Shown: positions 1 to 8,449, counted from the first letter of the stretch. The stretch is DNA of 42,951 bases from a bacterium BMS3Abin15 (GCA_002923195.1 BDTH01000076.1:1-42951), one strand, 5' to 3'. The notes: generated by a model not told the origin, from the sequence alone. Numbers and translations: made by a program.

Positions 1-340
1 CATCCTCTAGGTCCCATTTGATCTTCAAAGCGCATTCTTCTTTTTCCCTCCTTAGCTCTTTGATTCTTTCCTTAATGCGTATCGGCGTTTCATCAGGATG
101 ACTTCCAGGTTTAGTGGATTTTGGCTTTAATCCGGATTCTCCGTATTTTCTGTAATCAGCCAGCCACCTCTCCAGACTATGAGGGCATACCTTAACTGCG
201 TCTGCCAGCCTAATCTCTCTGTTGTAGGCAGGCCAATACCCATCTCAACCTCTCTTCCTTTAATTGTTTTTGGCATATTTATACACATATACCAGAATAT
301 CGCTATTCTGGAAAAACCGCCAAATGTATGTGGACATTAC
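1..340 (-). mobile_element. Left part of a decayed IS481-like insertion sequence: frameshifted transposase N-terminus (ATG at 276) running off the window edge
   Basis: Manual minus-strand translation across two frameshifts (~257 and ~230) gives MPKTIK/EERLRWVL../YNREIRLADAVKVCPHSLERWLADYRKYGESGLKPKSTKPGSHPDETPIRIKERIKELRREKEECALKIKWDLED, an HTH-type N-terminus (RW..Y...G..GL...S..P...P) like IS481/IS3-type transposases. Candidate terminal IR at 317-340 (minus strand GTAATGTCCACATACATTTGGCGG). Confidence 0.65.
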
Positions 341-490
341 CTACTGCTATTGACTTTTTCCGAATTTTGATATACAACAGAGCATCGTCTTAAGATAGAT
401 GATTGCAATTTAACAAATACTGCTCTTAGCAGTATAAATTTCAAAAATAGCAACATGTTTGCAAAAACACTGTTGCAAAAGGAGGCAACT

Positions 491-1183
491 ATGAGTGATT
501 TAATGCTCGATGTTGACCAAGCTGGAGAATTAAAGGCTGCATTCAGGCGCGGAGACTGGACAAAGACTGAAGTAAAAAGCTGAGCGAGGGAACTATTCTT
601 ACTCAGGTTCGACAGGTCGTGCTTGGTAATGCCAAGATCGTTCAAGCTGAACTACTGGAATTTGTCGGCACGGCCATTATTTCTGCAATCGCCAAAAAGT
701 TCATCGCCAAGGATAACTTTATTGTCGACACCAGCAAGAAAGCAAAGGTGAAAATTTCCTATCTTGAAGATAATTTCCGGGAAAATTTCCTTGGCAAAAC
801 AGAAGAGGCAATACCGGAAATCGTCCTCCGCTATCACAAATTGCGGAAAAGTTCAGTTGATAAGCCAATCCTCGCTGAACTGGGTGGCAAGGAAAAAGCG
901 GAAACCACCCTCACTGAAATGTTCGCCCTTATGGAAAAACAGGGCAACGGCGAGAGTGGATGCCTACTTACTAACGGATACGCCAATATTTTCTATATCC
1001 ACGATGTAAATGGTGTGCTGTGGGCGGTTCGACTGCCGCTGGGACGATGGTGGCTGGAACCTGGATGCTAGCGGGGTTGTCAGTCCGGATGAGTGGGACG
1101 ATGGCCGCCGGGTGTTCTCCCGCAACTCCTCTGACACCCAGACTCAACAGACCCTTTGTTCCTTTGAAACTTTGGCCCTCTGA
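491..1183 (+). pseudogene. Doubly frameshifted putative DGR target protein with C-terminal variable region
   Basis: AAGGAGG SD at 479-485, ATG 491 (MSDLMLDVDQAGELKAAFRRGDWTKTEVK). One A is missing in the A5 run at 574-578; the reading continues in the 619..1071 frame (KLSEGTILTQVRQVVLGNAK...NGYANIFYIHDVNGVLWAV). An extra base at 1027-1030 returns it to the first frame: DCRWDDGGWNLDASGVVSPDEWDDGRRVFSRNSSDTQTQQTLCSFETLAL, stop 1181-1183. Confidence 0.7.
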
Positions 1184-1216
1184 AATTTCTTTAAATTTCC
1201 AGGGGTCTTTTGTTTG
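1174..1216 (+). terminator. Imperfect hairpin with T-rich tail after the DGR-like gene
   Basis: CCCTCTGAAATTT-CTTT-AAATTTCCAGGGG followed by TCTTTTGTTTG. Confidence 0.5.
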
Positions 1217-1243
1217 CATAAATTTCGCCATTAGTGATATAAT
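1214..1243 (+). promoter_or_regulatory. Sigma70-type promoter for the ybaK-scpA-scpB operon
   Basis: TTGCAT (1214-1219), 18 nt, TATAAT (1238-1243), with extended -10 TG at 1235-1236. Confidence 0.55.
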
Positions 1244-1304
1244 GAACTGAACTGGCAAAAGTCCGTCCTAGTCTCCCTTTTAAAAAGGGAGAGAAGATAA
1301 GATT

Positions 1305-1802
1305 ATGGCAATATCCAAGAAAATAATTAAATATCTTGATGATAATAAGTATAGGTATGAAGTTATCCAACATCGGACTACTTATACTGCTTGGGATACG
1401 GCCCAGACAGAGAAAGTAAAGCCGCAGGAAGTAGCCAAGTCCTTGGTTTTAAAAACTGATAAGGATTATATCGTGGCAGTTGTTCCATCAAATAAAAACT
1501 TGGACAAAAAAAAGCTTCTTAAAATTATAAATACTAAGAGAAAAAAGGAAGACAATAAATCAGTTAAGAAAGTTGAATTTGCCAAAGAGACCTGGATGAA
1601 AAAAAACATTGATGGCAAGGTTGGCGCCACCCCTCCATTTGCAGGAATCTTAAAAACGGATATTTATGTCGACAAGTCATTGTTAAACAGCAGTAAGATT
1701 TATCTCGGTTCTGGCGAATACGATGCTTCTATTAGAGTAAGTACGAAAGAATATCTCAAGAAGGAAAATCCTATTACCGGAAGTTTCAATATGAAAAAAT
1801 AA
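1305..1802 (+). CDS. YbaK/EbsC-family aminoacyl-tRNA editing domain protein
   Basis: H-x-T-x-x-T-A N-terminus, VAKSLVLK motif, GATPPFA (G-x-x-P-P-F-G-like); 165 aa. Confidence 0.8.
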   Translation: MAISKKIIKYLDDNKYRYEVIQHRTTYTAWDTAQTEKVKPQEVAKSLVLKTDKDYIVAVVPSNKNLDKKKLLKIINTKRKKEDNKSVKKVEFAKETWMKKNIDGKVGATPPFAGILKTDIYVDKSLLNSSKIYLGSGEYDASIRVSTKEYLKKENPITGSFNMKK

Positions 1803-1818
1803 AGCTTTATAACGCTCT

Positions 1819-2550
1819 ATGGCTTACCAAATAAAACTGGAACAGTTTGAAGGTCCCCTGGATCTTCTTTTGAATTTAATTGAGGAGCAAAAGCTAGACA
1901 TCACTCGCGTAAGCCTATCCAAGGTAGCGGATCAATACCTGGAATACATTAGGAGCAAAGAAAATATCACTCTGGAAAATCTAGCCGATTTTCTTTCTGT
2001 CGCCTCCCGGCTTATTCTAATAAAGTCCAAGGCCCTACTCCCACTCCTAGAGTTTAGCCAGGAGGAGGAAGAGGATATTAAAGATTTAGAAAAACAACTA
2101 GCTGAATATAAAAGATTTAAGGATATTTCTAAGGAAGTAAAGAGGCTGGCTAATTCTAAAAGGGCTTGTTTCTCCAGGGAAGGGTATCTAGGCATCCAAT
2201 CATTTTTTTACCCTCCGAAAAATATTAATATTTTTGACCTTAAGAAAACATTTGTTAAGACATTAGGCGAGATCCCAATCATTGAAAAGTTGGAGGAGGA
2301 GATGGTTAAGGAAGTGATAACCATGGAAGAAAAAATCAATCATTTGCAGGAAGTACTGCGCGAAAAGATTGAAACATCATTCTCTGAAATTACTTCCAAT
2401 GCCAAAGATAAGATTGAGGTAGTAGTGTCATTTTTGGCGATATTAGAGCTGGTAAAGCAGAAATTAATCCAAGTGGAACAAACGGAATTATTTCAGGATA
2501 TTAAATTAAGGCATAATAATAACAATGAAACCCAAAGCACTAAATCCTAA
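1819..2550 (+). CDS. scpA: Segregation and condensation protein A (kleisin)
   Basis: FEGPLDLLLNLI N-terminus, LILIKSKALLP, C-terminal FLAILELVK...Q...FQDI; adjacent to scpB. Confidence 0.95.
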   Translation: MAYQIKLEQFEGPLDLLLNLIEEQKLDITRVSLSKVADQYLEYIRSKENITLENLADFLSVASRLILIKSKALLPLLEFSQEEEEDIKDLEKQLAEYKRFKDISKEVKRLANSKRACFSREGYLGIQSFFYPPKNINIFDLKKTFVKTLGEIPIIEKLEEEMVKEVITMEEKINHLQEVLREKIETSFSEITSNAKDKIEVVVSFLAILELVKQKLIQVEQTELFQDIKLRHNNNNETQSTKS

Positions 2551-2696
2551 ATCCCTGCCCGCCATCGCTGTGCTCAGGCATTGGCAGGCGGGCGAAACAA
2601 TATTAAAGCTCAAATATAAAAATCCAAAACATTTTGAAATTTAGATTTAGAAAATTTGAATTTGTTTAGTAATTAGAGTTTAGGGATTAGAATTTG
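2534..2696 (+). repeat. 7-mer-periodic imperfect palindromic element with nested GC-rich hairpin (2554-2592)
   Basis: Left arm AAAGCACTAAATCCTAAATC..CGAAACAA, right arm TTGTTTAGTAATTAGAGTTTAGGGATTAGAATTT. Left arm contains the scpA stop; similar to 3248-3372. Confidence 0.75.
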
Positions 2697-2703
2697 TAAC
2701 TAT

Positions 2704-3249
2704 ATGAATCAGGACAAGTTAAAATCAATAATAGAATCACTGCTGTTTGTCAGTGGTGAGCCGATAAAAATATCGCGCTTGGTTAAAATTTCCGGAGCGC
2801 CAAAACCAGAAATAGAAAATGCCATAATGGCACTGTCTAGCGAGTATGAGTCTCAGAACAGGGGATTGAGGATTGTTAAAAAGGAAAATCAGGTCCAAAT
2901 GGCAACCGGCCCAGAAAGTGCTCCTTACGTTCAGCAGTTGATTGAAGGAAAGTTGCAAGAAGAACTGTCTACAGCCTCTCTCGAAGTTGTATCAATTGTG
3001 GCTTACCGTGGTCCGATAACTCGGGCAAATATTGAATCTATTCGAGGGGTAAATTGTAGTTATACTCTGCGCAACCTTTTGATGAGAGGACTAATAGATA
3101 GAACGGAAAATCCTAAGGACGCCCGCGGATATGTTTACAGTATATCTTTTGACTTTTTGAAAAAATTAGGGATTGATGATGTTAAAAAACTGCCTGATCA
3201 CGAAATAATGTCAAAAGATGAAAGGATAGATAATATAATCCAATCATAA
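2704..3249 (+). CDS. scpB: Segregation and condensation protein B
   Basis: IESLLFVSGEPI, LSTASLEVVSIVAYRGPITRANIESIRGVN motifs. Confidence 0.95.
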   Translation: MNQDKLKSIIESLLFVSGEPIKISRLVKISGAPKPEIENAIMALSSEYESQNRGLRIVKKENQVQMATGPESAPYVQQLIEGKLQEELSTASLEVVSIVAYRGPITRANIESIRGVNCSYTLRNLLMRGLIDRTENPKDARGYVYSISFDFLKKLGIDDVKKLPDHEIMSKDERIDNIIQS

Positions 3250-3372
3250 ATTCTAATTCCCAAATTCTAAGCACGAAACAAACTATAATTATTTAAATTC
3301 AAATACCTTAAACTTTTAGAAAATTTGAAATTTGATATTGTTTAGGATTTAGATATTAGAATTTAGAGTTTT
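3248..3372 (+). repeat. 7-mer-periodic imperfect palindromic element, same family as 2534-2696, no insert
   Basis: AAATTCTAATTCCCAAATTCTAAGCACGAAACAA ... TTGTTTAGGATTTAGATATTAGAATTTAGAGTTT fills the whole scpB to DD-carboxypeptidase gap. Confidence 0.75.
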
Positions 3373-3381
3373 TAAATCATT

Positions 3382-4389
3382 ATGAATTTTATTTTAATTA
3401 TTTTAACTCTAACTTTCCCACTGGCTTCCTTTTTAGGATTCCAGAAAATGTATTCCTCTGCGGGAGAGGAAAAACAAGCGGAAATTTCAGAAAAGCTGGC
3501 TGATTCCGGCGGGGAGGTTAAAGGTGAAAATATTGCACAGAAAAGCGTACTTCCCGTTGTGCCATCCCGTCCCATAAGAAAGGAGGGGTATCCAGATCTT
3601 GTTGTGCCCGATGCGCACGCTTCCCTTATATTGGATGTGGATTCAGGAACAATCCTCCACTATAATAAAGGAAGAGAAAGGCGCCAGATCGCCTCTCTTA
3701 CAAAACTGATGACTGCTGTAATAGTGGTAGAGAAAATGTCAAATCTTGACGAGGTAGTAACTGTTGATGAAGAGGCGGTTTATGCCGATGGGACGAAAGT
3801 CGGATGTCCACGTTCCGGCTATTGCATAGGAAACCGGCTGAAAGTCGGAGAGAAAATAACGGCCAGGAATTTGCTTAAGGCAATGTTGATGAACAGTGCC
3901 AATGACGCGGCCATCGCTTTAGGAAAACACATTAGTGGCTCGCAGGAAAAATTTGCCAGACTAATGAATGATAGGGCTAAGGAATTAGGACTTAAGGACT
4001 CTAATTTTTGCACTCCGTCGGGATTGGAAATCGACGGGAAGGAAAAGGAGTGTTATTCTTCAGCCTACGACATCGCCCGCATCGCCGCCCATTCGATGAA
4101 GTATGCCATTATTTGGGAAGCTTTGCGTCTTCCTCCGCAGACGATATTTTCAGCTGACGGAAAATATTCCCACGACATATTAAACACCGACCAGGTATTG
4201 GATCAAATTCCAAACTGCCTAGGAGGTAAAACCGGATTTACTCCAATGGCCGGCAGGTCGTTGCTTTTGGCTGCTGGCGACAAGACAGGTGAACATAAAA
4301 TAATAGCAGTAGTATTAGATAATCCCTATCGTTGGCAAGATATTCCAATGATGATAAGTTGGGCATTTGAAGCCCATGAATGGCAATAA
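3382..4389 (+). CDS. D-alanyl-D-alanine carboxypeptidase (peptidase S11, DacA/PBP5-like)
   Basis: N-terminal hydrophobic anchor; SxxK (ASLTK), SxN (SAN) and KTG motifs. Confidence 0.9.
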   Translation: MNFILIILTLTFPLASFLGFQKMYSSAGEEKQAEISEKLADSGGEVKGENIAQKSVLPVVPSRPIRKEGYPDLVVPDAHASLILDVDSGTILHYNKGRERRQIASLTKLMTAVIVVEKMSNLDEVVTVDEEAVYADGTKVGCPRSGYCIGNRLKVGEKITARNLLKAMLMNSANDAAIALGKHISGSQEKFARLMNDRAKELGLKDSNFCTPSGLEIDGKEKECYSSAYDIARIAAHSMKYAIIWEALRLPPQTIFSADGKYSHDILNTDQVLDQIPNCLGGKTGFTPMAGRSLLLAAGDKTGEHKIIAVVLDNPYRWQDIPMMISWAFEAHEWQ

Positions 4390-4391
4390 TA

Positions 4392-4434
4392 TAAATCCCC
4401 AATCGACGCAAATCTTTCCCCAATAATCACGAAT
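4392..4434 (+). repeat. Left arm of inverted repeat flanking the GxxExxY gene
   Basis: TAAATCCCC-AAT-CGACGCA-AAT-CTTTCCCC-AAT-AATCACG-AAT; imperfect reverse complement of 4821-4864. Confidence 0.7.
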
Positions 4435-4447
4435 ATAAAAACATAAA

Positions 4448-4825
4448 ATGCCAAAACTAATTCATCCAGAGCTAAGCTATAAAATAGTAGGTGCCTTATA
4501 TGCGGTATATAATTCAATAGGCAGTGGCTACCAAGAAAGATATTACCAAAGGGCATTGTCGAAAGAATTTAAAGATGAAAAAATAAAATTTAAGGAACAA
4601 TTGCCGATAAAGCTGGAATACAAAGGCGATAATTTAGGCATATACTATATAGATTTTCTAACAGAAGATAAGATAATTTTAGAAATAAAGAATTCTTCTA
4701 AGTTTTACCCAAAAGATATCAAACAAGCCCTGGGATATTTAAAGGCAAAAAATAAAGAGTTAGGCATACTTGCTTGTTTTGGAAAAAATGGGTTGATACA
4801 CAAAAGAATTTTAAAAGGAAATTAG
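4448..4825 (+). CDS. GxxExxY protein (PD-(D/E)xK nuclease superfamily)
   Basis: GSGYQERYY signature, D-F-L...I-I-L-E-I-K catalytic-type motif, Q...YLK...LGIL; 125 aa. Confidence 0.9.
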   Translation: MPKLIHPELSYKIVGALYAVYNSIGSGYQERYYQRALSKEFKDEKIKFKEQLPIKLEYKGDNLGIYYIDFLTEDKIILEIKNSSKFYPKDIKQALGYLKAKNKELGILACFGKNGLIHKRILKGN

Positions 4826-4864
4826 AAATAATTCGTGATGAAATTGGTGTAGATTAGTGATTTA
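4821..4864 (+). repeat. Right arm of inverted repeat flanking the GxxExxY gene (includes its TAG stop)
   Basis: ATTAGAAATA-ATTCGTGATGAA-ATTGGTGTAG-ATTAGTG-ATTTA; 34/44 identical without gaps to 40008-40051 (hand count). Confidence 0.75.
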
Positions 4865-4869
4865 ATTCA

Positions 4870-5970
4870 ATGGAAATAGCACAGATACAAACAATTCCCA
4901 TGGTGATTAATGTTATGAAAGTTTTAGTTACGGGAGCTATAGCTTTCTTTTTGGCTTTTTTAATTACTCCATTTTGGACTAACGTTTTATATAGATTTAA
5001 AATAGGCATAAAGATAAAAGAAAAGTCGTATGATGGCGATAAATTGACGTTTGTGAATAAACTTCATGCGAGGAAGGCGGGGACTCCCACAATGGGAGGA
5101 GTTATAATCTGGGTTTCTGTTTTAATTCTGGTTTTTGCTTCTCATTATCTTTTCCCGATTTTTGCCAGGTGGACAGACATAAATTTTATTGCCCGCCTTG
5201 ATTTCTTAAGCCGTTCCCAAGTTTGGCTCCCACTTTTTGCATTAGTGACAGCCGGTGTTCTGGGGCTTTTTGATGACATCATGAGTATCCGCGGGTGGGG
5301 AAGCAATAAAGGAGGAGGGATGAAATTTGCTATGCGCTTTTGGTGGCTCTTCGCTATTGCCGGGGTTGGTGCCTGGTGGTTTTTCAGCAAGCTTGGATGG
5401 GATCAAATTCATATTCCAGCTGTGGGAGATTTCTCTATTGGATTTTGGTATGTTCCGTTGTTTGTTTTTGTAATCTTTTTTACGGCTTTTTCATCTAACG
5501 AAACTGACGGATTGGACGGGCTGAATGGCGGTGTGCTTCTTATGGCATTTGCGTCATTTACTATTATAGCTTTTCTTCAAAATAAGGTTGATATGGCAGC
5601 TTTTTGCGCCGCTATTTCAGGAACACTTCTGGCTTTCCTCTGGTTTAATATTTATCCGGCCAGGTTTTTTATGGGAGACACAGGAGCTATGGCTCTGGGG
5701 ACTACTTTGGGAGTAGTGGCTATGCTTACTAACTCAGTTTTAGTCTTATTTGTTATAATGGCTATTTATATACTAGAATCAGGAAGTGCCGCCGTACAGC
5801 TCTTGAGTAAAAAGTATCGGGGGAAGAAAATATTTTTGGCAGCGCCGATTCACCACCATTTTGAGGCTAAGGGCTGGCCGGAGCCTAAAATAGTTATGCG
5901 GGCCTGGATCTTTACCTCTGTCACTGCCCTTATTGGAGTAATTATTGGGATATTGGGAATGGGAAAGTAG
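4870..5970 (+). CDS. mraY: Phospho-N-acetylmuramoyl-pentapeptide transferase
   Basis: KAGTPTMGG, GLFDD, NETDGLDGL, PARFFMGDTG, APIHHHFE motifs; multi-TM. Confidence 0.95.
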   Translation: MEIAQIQTIPMVINVMKVLVTGAIAFFLAFLITPFWTNVLYRFKIGIKIKEKSYDGDKLTFVNKLHARKAGTPTMGGVIIWVSVLILVFASHYLFPIFARWTDINFIARLDFLSRSQVWLPLFALVTAGVLGLFDDIMSIRGWGSNKGGGMKFAMRFWWLFAIAGVGAWWFFSKLGWDQIHIPAVGDFSIGFWYVPLFVFVIFFTAFSSNETDGLDGLNGGVLLMAFASFTIIAFLQNKVDMAAFCAAISGTLLAFLWFNIYPARFFMGDTGAMALGTTLGVVAMLTNSVLVLFVIMAIYILESGSAAVQLLSKKYRGKKIFLAAPIHHHFEAKGWPEPKIVMRAWIFTSVTALIGVIIGILGMGK

Positions 5971-6089
5971 TTTATGGCTACTTTTTTTATTTCCACTTTT
6001 TTGGTAAAATTGCAGTGATACCGCTAAAAAATTAGAATGGAAAAAGTAGAGGATAGTTTTTATGTTAGGCGAAGAAAAACCGAAATAAA

Positions 6090-7151
6090 ATGATTTTAAA
6101 AAAAGTACAAGATGTAGAGTTGGTAAATAAGCGCGTTTTGTTGCGAGTGGATTTTAATGTGGCTTTAGAATATGGGCATATAAAGGAAAGCTTTAGAATT
6201 GAATCAGCCAGAGAAACAGTCGATTTTCTACTGAGCAAAAAAGCTAAAGTTGCCCTGGTGTCCCACCTGGGCCGTCCCAGCGGCACGATTAATTTAGGGT
6301 TTTCAATGGAACAGTTGAAAGGGGATGTAGAAAGAATTCTGGAAAAAGAAATAGAATTTGTTCCTAGTTGCACAGGAGAAGAAGTAAAAAAAGGATTGGA
6401 TAGTCTGAAAAGCGGAAGGGTTCTGCTTTTAGAAAACACAAGATTTTATGAGGAGGAGCAGTTGAATGATGAAAAGTTTGCCAAGGCTCTGGCGAAAAAT
6501 TTTGACATCTATGTTAATGACGCTTTCAGTGTTTGTCACAGGAGCCATGCGTCAATTGTTGGAGTAACTAAATTTTTACCGAGTTATGCAGGGTTGTGGA
6601 TGCAAAAGGAAGTAGAAAACTTAAATAGGGTGAAAAATAATCCTGACCGTCCGGCAACAGCCATTATTGGGGGAGCCAAAATAGAAACCAAGCTCCCAAT
6701 TATTAAAAACTTCATTGAGAGTTACGACCATGTTTTAGTGGGAGGGAGAGTAGCTTGTGAAGCTATTGATAGAGGGCTAAAGTTTGATGAGAAGGTTATA
6801 TTAGCTCAAGATTTTGCTGCTAACAGATATGATGTCGGACCGGAAACGATTAAGAAATTTAAAGAAATTGTTTCGCAGTCTAAGACTATAGTTTGGAACG
6901 GGCCACTAGGAAAGTTTGAGCATCCTCCGTATGACGAGGGGACCATAGGAGTTTTAGGCGCTGTAATTGAAAGTGGAGCCTTCTCGCTCGTGGGAGGAGG
7001 AGAATCAATTCAGGTACTTGAGGAAAATAATATGATGAATAAGATTTCTTTTGTTTCTACCGGCGGTGGCGCGTTGCTGGAATATTTAAGCGATGGTCCG
7101 ATGCCTGGGCTGGATGTGTTGAAATTTAATCCTGACAACATAGAAATATGA
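6090..7151 (+). CDS. pgk: Phosphoglycerate kinase (short form)
   Basis: RVDFNV, SHLGRP, LLENTRF, VNDAF...HRSHAS, IIGGAK, WNGPLG, STGGGA. Confidence 0.95.
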   Translation: MILKKVQDVELVNKRVLLRVDFNVALEYGHIKESFRIESARETVDFLLSKKAKVALVSHLGRPSGTINLGFSMEQLKGDVERILEKEIEFVPSCTGEEVKKGLDSLKSGRVLLLENTRFYEEEQLNDEKFAKALAKNFDIYVNDAFSVCHRSHASIVGVTKFLPSYAGLWMQKEVENLNRVKNNPDRPATAIIGGAKIETKLPIIKNFIESYDHVLVGGRVACEAIDRGLKFDEKVILAQDFAANRYDVGPETIKKFKEIVSQSKTIVWNGPLGKFEHPPYDEGTIGVLGAVIESGAFSLVGGGESIQVLEENNMMNKISFVSTGGGALLEYLSDGPMPGLDVLKFNPDNIEI

Positions 7152-7708
7152 AAAAAGTTGTCGTAATTCATTGCTGGGAGGGATATCCGGAGTATTGCTG
7201 GTACCCTTATGTTAAAAAAACCCTTGAGAAAAAGGGTTATGAAGTTAATGTTCCGGCATTTCCTGAAACTGACTTGCCCAAACTTGATAAATGGCTGCCC
7301 AAATTACAGGAGGCTGTTGGTCAGCCAAGTGAAAATGTTATTTTGGTGGGACATAGCGTTGGATGTATCACAATTCTGCGATACCTGGAATCATTATCAG
7401 AAGATCAAAAAATTGGTGGAGCTATACTAGTTGCTGGATATATAGGCGATCTTGGATATGACGAGTTAAAGAATTTTTTTGATTCGCCGGTTAATTTTGA
7501 GAAAGCCAAGAGACATTGTGAAAATTTTATTGCTATTCATTCTGATAATGATCCATATGTGGATTTAAAGCACGCTGATATTTTTAAAAAAGAACTAGAT
7601 GCAGAAATAATAATAAAACACAATGCTAAGCATTTTTCCGGTCCGTCTGATAAGGAAGATTCTTGCACTGAATTGCCTGACGTTGTAGACAGTATAGAAA
7701 AATTATGA
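7148..7708 (+). CDS. RBBP9/YdeN-family alpha/beta hydrolase
   Basis: GHSVG nucleophile elbow, SDNDPYV, HF catalytic His; 186 aa; ATGA overlap with pgk. Confidence 0.85.
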   Translation: MKKVVVIHCWEGYPEYCWYPYVKKTLEKKGYEVNVPAFPETDLPKLDKWLPKLQEAVGQPSENVILVGHSVGCITILRYLESLSEDQKIGGAILVAGYIGDLGYDELKNFFDSPVNFEKAKRHCENFIAIHSDNDPYVDLKHADIFKKELDAEIIIKHNAKHFSGPSDKEDSCTELPDVVDSIEKL

Positions 7709-8403
7709 AAAATAATAATAAAATTGCAGACAAAGTCTTAGTTGGAATCACTGGAAAAACAAATAAAGACTGGAAAGAAAAATTTAAAGAAATTGAAAAA
7801 TTTAAAATTACTAGAACAGCTTTATTTTTAGAATTATTTAAGAAGAAGCAAAGAGAGGAAATTTATAAAGCGCTCTTGAAATCAAGCATAAAAAAAATAC
7901 CACTGATCCATATCAGAAATGACATGTCCAGAAGCGAATTGAAATTTTTATGTGAGAAGTATAATAATCCCTGCCTCACCATTCATGAAAACAGTTTCAG
8001 ATATTTGAAAAAATGGAGTGGATACTATCAGAATCTTTTTTTAGAGATGAATACTGACAATTTCGTTTCTCGGCGCACAAAATTAAGAAAAATAGGAGGA
8101 TTTTGCGTTGACTTGGCTCATTTCAAAGTAGCAGAAGAAAAATGGTCTGAAGAATTCGAATATACTATCAGAAGAAGGAAAAATCCAAAACATTTTGACT
8201 GCAATCACCTGAGTGGCTATTCATACGAAAAAAACACCGATGTGCATAGTGTAAAAAATAAAAATGAATTTGATTACGTAAAAACCTTACCTAGATTTGT
8301 GTTCAGCAATGTTATTGCGATAGAGGTTTATAATAGCATCAAAGAGCAGCTGAAATTTAGGAAATATATACTAAGAATACTCAACAAAAAGTTCGATAAG
8401 TAG
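7705..8403 (+). CDS. Hypothetical protein, possibly a xylose-isomerase-like TIM barrel
   Basis: 232-aa ORF coupled to the previous gene; putative metal ligands in LE, CVDLAH, NHLS, DVH, IAIE. Confidence 0.6.
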   Translation: MKNNNKIADKVLVGITGKTNKDWKEKFKEIEKFKITRTALFLELFKKKQREEIYKALLKSSIKKIPLIHIRNDMSRSELKFLCEKYNNPCLTIHENSFRYLKKWSGYYQNLFLEMNTDNFVSRRTKLRKIGGFCVDLAHFKVAEEKWSEEFEYTIRRRKNPKHFDCNHLSGYSYEKNTDVHSVKNKNEFDYVKTLPRFVFSNVIAIEVYNSIKEQLKFRKYILRILNKKFDK

Positions 8404-8449
8404 CCTTTACTGATTTAGGGGGATGCACCGCGCGCCTCTTTTTGTTTTG

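Noticed and set aside
569-583. Programmed -1 ribosomal frameshift joining the two 5' parts of the DGR-like gene
   Set aside because: GTA-AAA-AGC has only five A and does not form an in-frame X-XXY-YYZ heptamer such as A-AAA-AAG; a 1-nt deletion or assembly error is simpler.
1040-1104. TGGGACGATGG direct repeat as a TR/VR pair or CRISPR repeat
   Set aside because: Only 11 bp, two copies, both inside the coding VR (WDDG twice); far too short for a template repeat.
179-1373. ORF-track entries 179..370, 337..645, 652..837, 764..1009, 971..1258, 1020..1250 and 1191..1373
   Set aside because: Shadow or alternate frames of the IS remnant, the frameshifted 491-1183 gene or ybaK; no recognisable motifs.
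6090-7151. pgk as a truncated pseudogene (353 aa)
   Set aside because: All substrate and ATP-binding motifs from N- to C-terminus are present in one frame; the shortening is an internal deletion in the C-domain.
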